DNA from: Janthinobacterium sp.
Lineage (GTDB): Bacteria; Pseudomonadota; Gammaproteobacteria; Burkholderiales; Burkholderiaceae_D
Length of the DNA stretch: 64,000 nucleotides
Direction of reading: 5' to 3'
NCBI RefSeq assembly: GCF_031995485.1
Contig: NZ_DAMAGB010000003.1
Location: 133,252-197,251 of the forward strand
Position 1 is the stretch's first letter, and each line of letters starts with the position of its first letter. The notes under the pieces are model-generated. The model saw only the letters and a program-made list of their open reading frames with translations. It searched no databases and was not told where the DNA came from. Both the position numbers and the translations under genes were made by a program. Below, in pieces: positions 58,839-64,000 of this stretch.

Positions 58839-59011
58839 TATTAACAACATCACCAGAAATTACGTCTTTCCATGTTACAGCGGATTACGGATCGCTTCCT
58901 GCTTTCTGCAAGCGACCTGTGCATGATCCGCGAAGCCCGGCATTCTAACAGTCCGGCACCGGCCACCACCAATCAACTGTTGCCATTTCGCAAATCCAGC
59001 CAGGCTACACA

Positions 59012-59037
59012 AGACAAAGCCGCGCAAGCGCGGCCTT
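59012..59037 (-). terminator. intrinsic terminator downstream of hemH
   Basis: Minus strand GCCGCG-CTTG-CGCGGC followed by TTTGTCTTGTG. Confidence 0.65.
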
Positions 59038-59064
59038 CGATCTCAACTATTAATGCTGACAGGT

Positions 59065-60174
59065 TCAGTTGGTGGCGCCCAGCGCCAGCGCCGCCGCGCG
59101 CGCCTGCTCGCCAGCGCGCTGGTTCGCTGCGCGTTGTTCCGGCGTGGTGTGCGTTGGCCAGCCGGTCATATGTTCTTCGGCAATCTCGGCCATGCCGGCG
59201 ATCCAGCCCGGCGACTCGTTCAGGCATGGGATATAGTGAAACAGCTGGCCGCCGGCAGTCAGGAAATCGTGCTTCGCTTCCATCGCGATTTCTTCCAGCG
59301 TTTCCAGGCAGTCGCTGGTAAAGCCCGGGCACAGCAGATCAACGCGCTTGATGCCCTGTTGCGCCAGCGCGATCAATGTCGGCGCGGTATACGGCTGCAA
59401 CCACTCGGCCTTGCCGAAGCGCGACTGGAAGGTGACCATATATTGATCTTTACTCAGATTTAACTGTTCGGCCAGCAGCCGCGCCGTTTTCAGGCACTGG
59501 CAGTGATACGGGTCGCCCAGCAGCAAGGTGCGCTTGGGCACGCCGTGAAAACTCATCACCAGTTTTTCGGGACGGCCATTCGCTTCCCAATGGGCCAGCA
59601 CCGAGTCGCGCAGGGCGGCAATATACGTGGCGTGCTCGTGGTACTGCTTGATAAAGCGCAGTTCCGGCACATTGCGCACCGTGGCGTAATGGCTGAACAC
59701 GGCGTCATAGATCGAGCCGGTGGTGGTGCCCGAGTACTGCGGATAGGCCGGCAAAATGGCGATGCGCTCGCAGCCTTCGCTTTTCAGCTGGGCCAGCACT
59801 TCCGGCAGCGACGGCGAGCCATAGCGCATGGCCATCGCCACCGTCACGCCATCATGGCCGCGTTCGGCCAGTGCGGCGCCCAGCAAGCTGGCCTGCTGCT
59901 GCGTATGGATTTTTAAAGGGGACCCCTGTTTGGTCCAGATCGACGCGTATTTCTTGGCCGACTGGCCGGAGCGGAACGGCAGAATGATCAGGTTCAGGAT
60001 AAACCACCAGACCAGGCGCGGGATTTCCACCACGCGCGGGTCGGACAGGAATTGCTTCAGGTAGCGCCGCACGGCCGGCGCGGTGGGTGCATCGGGCGTA
60101 CCGAGGTTGACCAGCACCACAGCGCTGCGTGCGACGGTGCCATGCTTATAGGTTGGTTCGGGCTGGAATGGCAT
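59065..60174 (-). CDS. hemH: ferrochelatase
   Basis: VLVNLGTPD, YPQYS and SFHGVP motifs. 369 aa. Confidence 0.93.
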   Translation of the reverse strand: MPFQPEPTYKHGTVARSAVVLVNLGTPDAPTAPAVRRYLKQFLSDPRVVEIPRLVWWFILNLIILPFRSGQSAKKYASIWTKQGSPLKIHTQQQASLLGAALAERGHDGVTVAMAMRYGSPSLPEVLAQLKSEGCERIAILPAYPQYSGTTTGSIYDAVFSHYATVRNVPELRFIKQYHEHATYIAALRDSVLAHWEANGRPEKLVMSFHGVPKRTLLLGDPYHCQCLKTARLLAEQLNLSKDQYMVTFQSRFGKAEWLQPYTAPTLIALAQQGIKRVDLLCPGFTSDCLETLEEIAMEAKHDFLTAGGQLFHYIPCLNESPGWIAGMAEIAEEHMTGWPTHTTPEQRAANQRAGEQARAAALALGATN

Positions 60175-60254
60175 GGGTTCGTTGGGAGTGTTGGACGGGT
60201 AGCCAGTTATTATAGTGGCATTGGGTGCATGCTCCGCGCTAACGCGGCCGGAGT

Positions 60255-60322
60255 CCGGGGTCAGACCCTCAATGCCGCCAACTCAAAGGCTTGCGCCAGC
60301 GGGCGCGGGGGTCTGGCCCCGG
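60255..60322. repeat. 14-bp imperfect inverted repeat (CCGGGGTCAGACCC / GGGTCTGGCCCCGG) enclosing 40 nt, just downstream of recN
   Basis: Arms read directly at 60255-60268 and 60309-60322 with one mismatch. A separate small hairpin lies at 60232-60253. Confidence 0.5.
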
Positions 60323-60328
60323 CTTCGA

Positions 60329-61996
60329 TTACGTCGCGAGAAGTTCTCGGGCATGCTTGCGCGTGGTGGCCGTGATTTCCAGTCCGCCCAGCATGCGCGC
60401 CACTTCTTCGACCCGGGCCTTGGCGTCGAGCATGTCGATGCGCGAAGCGGTCTTGCCGTTGTCCAGGGTGCCTTTGGCCACCTGGAAATGCTGGTTGGCC
60501 TGGCTGGCCACTTGCGGCAAGTGGGTCACGCACAGCACTTGGCGGCCCTGCCCCAGGCGTTTGAGCAGGCGCCCCACCACTTCGGCCACGGCGCCGCCGA
60601 TGCCGCTGTCGACCTCGTCGAAGATCAATGTCGGGGTGGTGGTGGCGTGCGAGGTAATCACGGAAATGGCCAGCGCGATACGCGCCAGTTCGCCGCCGGA
60701 CGCCACCTTGGCCAGCGGCTTGGGCGCTGTGCCCGCGTGGCCGGCGACCAGGAACTCCACCTGCTCCAGGCCATGCGCGGCCGGCTCGCAAGGATTCAAT
60801 GCGATTTCAAAGCTGCCGCCCGTCATGCTCAGTTCCTGCATGGCGCGCGTGACGGCCTGCCCCAGTTCCAGCGCGGCTGTCTTGCGCGTGCTCGATAACC
60901 TCCCTGCGACGGCGCGGTATTCGGCTTCGATCTTTTCTTCCTGGCGGCGCAAGCCCTCGATATCGCTGGCGTCGGCCAGGTGCTGCAGTTTTTCCGACAG
61001 CTTGGCGTGCTCTTCCGGCAGTTCCTCGGGCGTGACGCGGAACTTGCGCGCCGTGCTGTGCATCGCTTCCATGCGCGCATCGAGCTGGTGCAGACGGTCC
61101 GGATCGAGCTCGACCCGGTCCAGGTAATTGTTCAGCGCATACACGGATTCCTGCAACTGGATGCGCGACGATTCGATCAGGTCGACGATAGGCTGCAGTT
61201 CCGCGTCGACCGACACCAGCTTGCCCAGCTTCTGGTTCAGCGTGGCCAACTGCGAAATGACGGGATGTTCTTCTGCTTCGGAAATAATGGACAGCGCTTC
61301 TTGCGCCCCTTCCAGCAGGCTGGCCGCATGCGACAGGCGGCTGTGCTCGTTGGTAATTTCGGTCCACTCGCCGGGCTTGGCGGCCAGCTTTTCCAGTTCA
61401 CCCACCTGCCATTCGAGCCGTTCGCGCTCGTACAGCACATTGGCGGCATTGGTTTCGAATTCCTCGCGCTGGCGCACCAGCGCGCGCCAGCGCTTGTGCA
61501 AGGCCGCCACCTGGCGCGCATCCTGTTCCGCGCCCGCTTCGCGCGCCGTCGCCTGGCCGTCGAGCAGAGCGCGCTGGGCTTCGCTTTTCAGCAGCGACTG
61601 GTGCGCATGCTGGCCGTGGATATCGACCAGCATGTCGCCCAGTTCGCGCAGTTGCGCGGCGGTGGCGGCGATGCCGTTGATATAGGCTTTCGAGCGGCCC
61701 GCGTTGTCGATCACGCGGCGCATCAGCGCGCCGCCGTCTTCGTTGGCAAATTCATTGGCCACCAGCCAGGCCTGCGCCACCTCGCTGACGGAAAAGTCGG
61801 CCGTGATATCGGCCTTGGCCGCGCCTTCGCGCACCACGCTGGCGTCGCCGCGCCCGCCCAGCGCCAGCGTCAGCGCATCGATCAGGATCGACTTGCCGGC
61901 GCCCGTTTCGCCCGTGAGCACACTGAAACCGGCGGAAAATTCCAGTTCAATCGAATCGACAATGACAAAATCGCGGATGGACAGGGTATGGAGCAT
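60329..61996 (-). CDS. recN: DNA repair protein RecN
   Basis: Walker A GETGAGKS, long coiled coil, C-terminal SGGELARIALA signature. Confidence 0.95.
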   Translation of the reverse strand: MLHTLSIRDFVIVDSIELEFSAGFSVLTGETGAGKSILIDALTLALGGRGDASVVREGAAKADITADFSVSEVAQAWLVANEFANEDGGALMRRVIDNAGRSKAYINGIAATAAQLRELGDMLVDIHGQHAHQSLLKSEAQRALLDGQATAREAGAEQDARQVAALHKRWRALVRQREEFETNAANVLYERERLEWQVGELEKLAAKPGEWTEITNEHSRLSHAASLLEGAQEALSIISEAEEHPVISQLATLNQKLGKLVSVDAELQPIVDLIESSRIQLQESVYALNNYLDRVELDPDRLHQLDARMEAMHSTARKFRVTPEELPEEHAKLSEKLQHLADASDIEGLRRQEEKIEAEYRAVAGRLSSTRKTAALELGQAVTRAMQELSMTGGSFEIALNPCEPAAHGLEQVEFLVAGHAGTAPKPLAKVASGGELARIALAISVITSHATTTPTLIFDEVDSGIGGAVAEVVGRLLKRLGQGRQVLCVTHLPQVASQANQHFQVAKGTLDNGKTASRIDMLDAKARVEEVARMLGGLEITATTRKHARELLAT

Positions 61997-62056
61997 GGTG
62001 TCAGTGGTTGGGCGGCAGGCGTACAGCGCACCGCGGGGTTGGCGTCAATAACGTGC

Positions 62057-63019
62057 TTAAACGAGCTTGCCCTCGCCGGACGGGTACTCGTTCCAGTGCA
62101 GTTTTTCACGCAGGGTGTTGTAATAGCTCCAGCCTTCCGGATGGAGGAAAGTAATCGTGTGCGGCGAACGGCGGATCAGGATACGGTCTTGCTGCAGCAG
62201 GCTGGCAAAGGTCTGCATGTCGAAGTTCACGCTGATATCGCGCCCGCGCACGATTTCCACCACGATCTGGCTCGAATCGGGCAGGACGATGGGCCGGTTC
62301 GACAGCGCATGCGGCGCGATCGGCACCAGCACAATGCCGCCCAGGGTCGGATGCAGCAGCGGGCCGCCGGCCGACAGCGCATACGCGGTCGATCCGGTTG
62401 GCGTGGAGATAATCAGCCCGTCCGAGCGCTGGTTGTACATGAAGTGGCCATCGACCTCGACCCGCAGCTCGGCCATGCCGGCACCGGCGCCGCGCGACAC
62501 CACCACGTCGTTGACGGCCATGCCGACATGAATCGACTTGCCATCGCGCAGCACGCTGCCTTCGAGCAAGGTGCGGCGTTCGGCTTCGAAATTGCCACCT
62601 AAAATATCGGCCAGCACCGGCAGCATGCGCTCCAGCGGAATATCGGTCATGAAGCCCAGCCGGCCCTGGTTGATGCCGATCAGGGGTACGTCGAAGGGCG
62701 CCAGCTGGCGCGCAATGCCGAGCATGGTGCCGTCGCCGCCCATGACGATGGCGCAATCGGCGGCTGCGCCGATCTCGGCCGGCGTCATCGATGTGACGCC
62801 CTGCATGCCAAGGTGGGCCGCCGTTTCCGCCTCGAACACCACGGTATGCCCCTTGCCTTGCAGGAAATCAATGATGCTGCGCACCGGCTCGGCAATGCCA
62901 TCGGTATTCTGGCGCACGACCAGGGCGATGGTCTTGGCGCCGGTATTGAAACTGGCGCCTGCTGGCAACAAGGCTGGCGAGGTGGCTGGCAAATCAGCGG
63001 CGTGGTGTTCGACGGGCAT
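62057..63019 (-). CDS. nadK: NAD(+) kinase
   Basis: MGGDGTMLG and NDVVVSRG motifs, [15 protein letters not shown]. Confidence 0.93.
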   Translation of the reverse strand: MPVEHHAADLPATSPALLPAGASFNTGAKTIALVVRQNTDGIAEPVRSIIDFLQGKGHTVVFEAETAAHLGMQGVTSMTPAEIGAAADCAIVMGGDGTMLGIARQLAPFDVPLIGINQGRLGFMTDIPLERMLPVLADILGGNFEAERRTLLEGSVLRDGKSIHVGMAVNDVVVSRGAGAGMAELRVEVDGHFMYNQRSDGLIISTPTGSTAYALSAGGPLLHPTLGGIVLVPIAPHALSNRPIVLPDSSQIVVEIVRGRDISVNFDMQTFASLLQQDRILIRRSPHTITFLHPEGWSYYNTLREKLHWNEYPSGEGKLV

Positions 63020-63090
63020 AAAAATCTCGGCAAAATAATCGGTGGCAAGTCGCCCCGGCTGTCGCGATCACTGCACTCATACAACAATGA

Positions 63091-63110
63091 TACTGTATAT
63101 ATGCACAGTA
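63091..63110. promoter_or_regulatory. LexA (SOS) box in the nadK / small-ORF divergent region
   Basis: TACTGTATATATGCACAGTA: perfect TACTGT/ACAGTA arms, CTGT-N8-ACAG, AT-rich spacer. Confidence 0.85.
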
Positions 63111-63308
63111 TAGTGCGGTCGCGCTCCAGCGGCAAGGGGCGTTCGGTAAGTCGTGCATGCAGTGTAATCGGGATAAAGCAGCCGGAGGAAAAGAAAACAT
63201 GCGCCGCTGCGTGCGCCAGCGCGCGCTGGGCAAGGAAACGCGCTTGCGTGGCGCCGGCAGTACAGGGAAACTGACATCATTGTCTATTCATCCATCCCGG
63301 GAGGTCAT

Positions 63309-63581
63309 ATGGTTACCGAACACAGCGAGCGCAAGATCAATACCGACGAGAAGGTAAAAAATGATGGTGTGGACCGCATGCCGCATGAGCGCGACGAGTC
63401 GCCGGACGCGCAGAATGTCAAGCCGCGCGACATCATGAAACAGGCCGCCAGCGACCTGGAGCAGGGCCTGGTCGATACCGACCTGCGCAACCAGCCCGGC
63501 GTGGAGAAGGTCAATCCGACCGCGCCCGGCCAGGCCAGGCCTGATCCCGACCTGACGTCCAAGAAAACCCGCCAAACCTGA
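63309..63581 (+). CDS. small highly charged, probably disordered hypothetical protein (90 aa)
   Basis: SD GGGAGG before the ATG. Good GC3 bias. No hydrophobic core or recognisable domain. Confidence 0.6.
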   Translation: MVTEHSERKINTDEKVKNDGVDRMPHERDESPDAQNVKPRDIMKQAASDLEQGLVDTDLRNQPGVEKVNPTAPGQARPDPDLTSKKTRQT

Positions 63582-63596
63582 TACCCGGAGCATTCC

Positions 63597-64000
63597 ATGT
63601 CCCTGCCCTACCCTACCCGACGTCTGCGCGTTTCCCTGATTGCCATCGCGACCCTGGGCGCACTGTCCGGCGCCGGCAGCGCCCTGGCGCAAACCATGCC
63701 GCCCGGCTTCGGCCCGCAACCGGTGCTGCCGGCGCCTTCGAAGCAACTGATTCCGACGGTACAAGTCGCTCCGGTCGAGCGCTGGGCCGGCGATGCCAAA
63801 CCGACGGTGCCGGCCGGGTTTGCCATCCATGCGCTGGCGCGCGATCTCGACCATCCGCGCTGGATCCATGTGCTGCCGAATGGCGACGTGCTGGTGGCCG
63901 AAACCAATGCCCCGCCGAAGCCGGAGGACAGCAAGGGCATCAAGGGCAAGATCATGAAGATGACCATGAAAAAAGCCGGCGCCGGCACGCCCACCGCCAA
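63597..64000 (+). CDS. PQQ-dependent sugar (sorbosone-type) dehydrogenase family protein, 5' part, continues beyond the window
   Basis: Open frame not in the track because it has no stop in the window. Signal peptide ending ALAQ, then LDHPRWIHVLPNGDVLVAETNAPPKPEDSKGIKG, typical of this family. SD GGAG. Confidence 0.7.
   Translation, partial: MSLPYPTRRLRVSLIAIATLGALSGAGSALAQTMPPGFGPQPVLPAPSKQLIPTVQVAPVERWAGDAKPTVPAGFAIHALARDLDHPRWIHVLPNGDVLVAETNAPPKPEDSKGIKGKIMKMTMKKAGAGTPTA

Noticed and set aside
63608-64000. 130-aa minus-strand ORF at the window end
   Set aside because: The + strand frame has an SD, a signal peptide and a clear PQQ-dehydrogenase-family N-terminus. The minus-strand ORF is its shadow.

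Overview
High-GC (by eye about 60-65 %) betaproteobacterial chromosomal core segment. Gene order and the repeat sequences look Burkholderiales/Oxalobacteraceae-like, but that is inference only. I call 62 protein genes, almost all housekeeping. Minus-strand array: tsaC-purK-purE-purC-fba-pyk-pgk. Then azlCD, moaC, an orphan type IV pilin next to a YcgR-like PilZ protein, sucCD, recA-recX. Next a TctDE-like two-component pair with a DUF4212/sodium:solute symporter, an S9 peptidase, a PPi-type phosphofructokinase, purM, and hda-HAD-pcnB-folK-panB. A spuABC/potABC-like polyamine cluster follows, then an ECF sigma/anti-sigma/secreted beta-propeller module, gabD, argP, can, dnaJ-dnaK-grpE, hemH, recN-nadK, and the 5' end of a PQQ-type dehydrogenase. 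I saw no rRNA, tRNA, CRISPR array, transposase, integrase or recognisable defence genes. Well-supported non-coding features are two near-consensus LexA boxes (recA; nadK-recN), two near-consensus sigma-32 promoters (grpE, dnaK), about ten intrinsic-terminator hairpins, and a REP/BIME-like palindromic repeat family at four loci. I do not see a clear-cut novel multi-gene system. The best second-look items are: (1) the beta-propeller/ECF sigma/non-canonical anti-sigma module; (2) the GTAG-headed REP family with tandem 9-nt head expansions, one copy donating a stop codon; (3) the SOS box placed upstream of nadK rather than recN; (4) the polyamine ABC operon with a terminator where the binding-protein gene is expected; (5) a 120-bp inverted-repeat-bounded element fused to the 3' end of pgk; (6) a 25 % GC island with perfect palindromes beside an inserted methyltransferase gene. 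Many long ORFs in the track are antisense or out-of-frame shadows typical of high-GC DNA and were not called.
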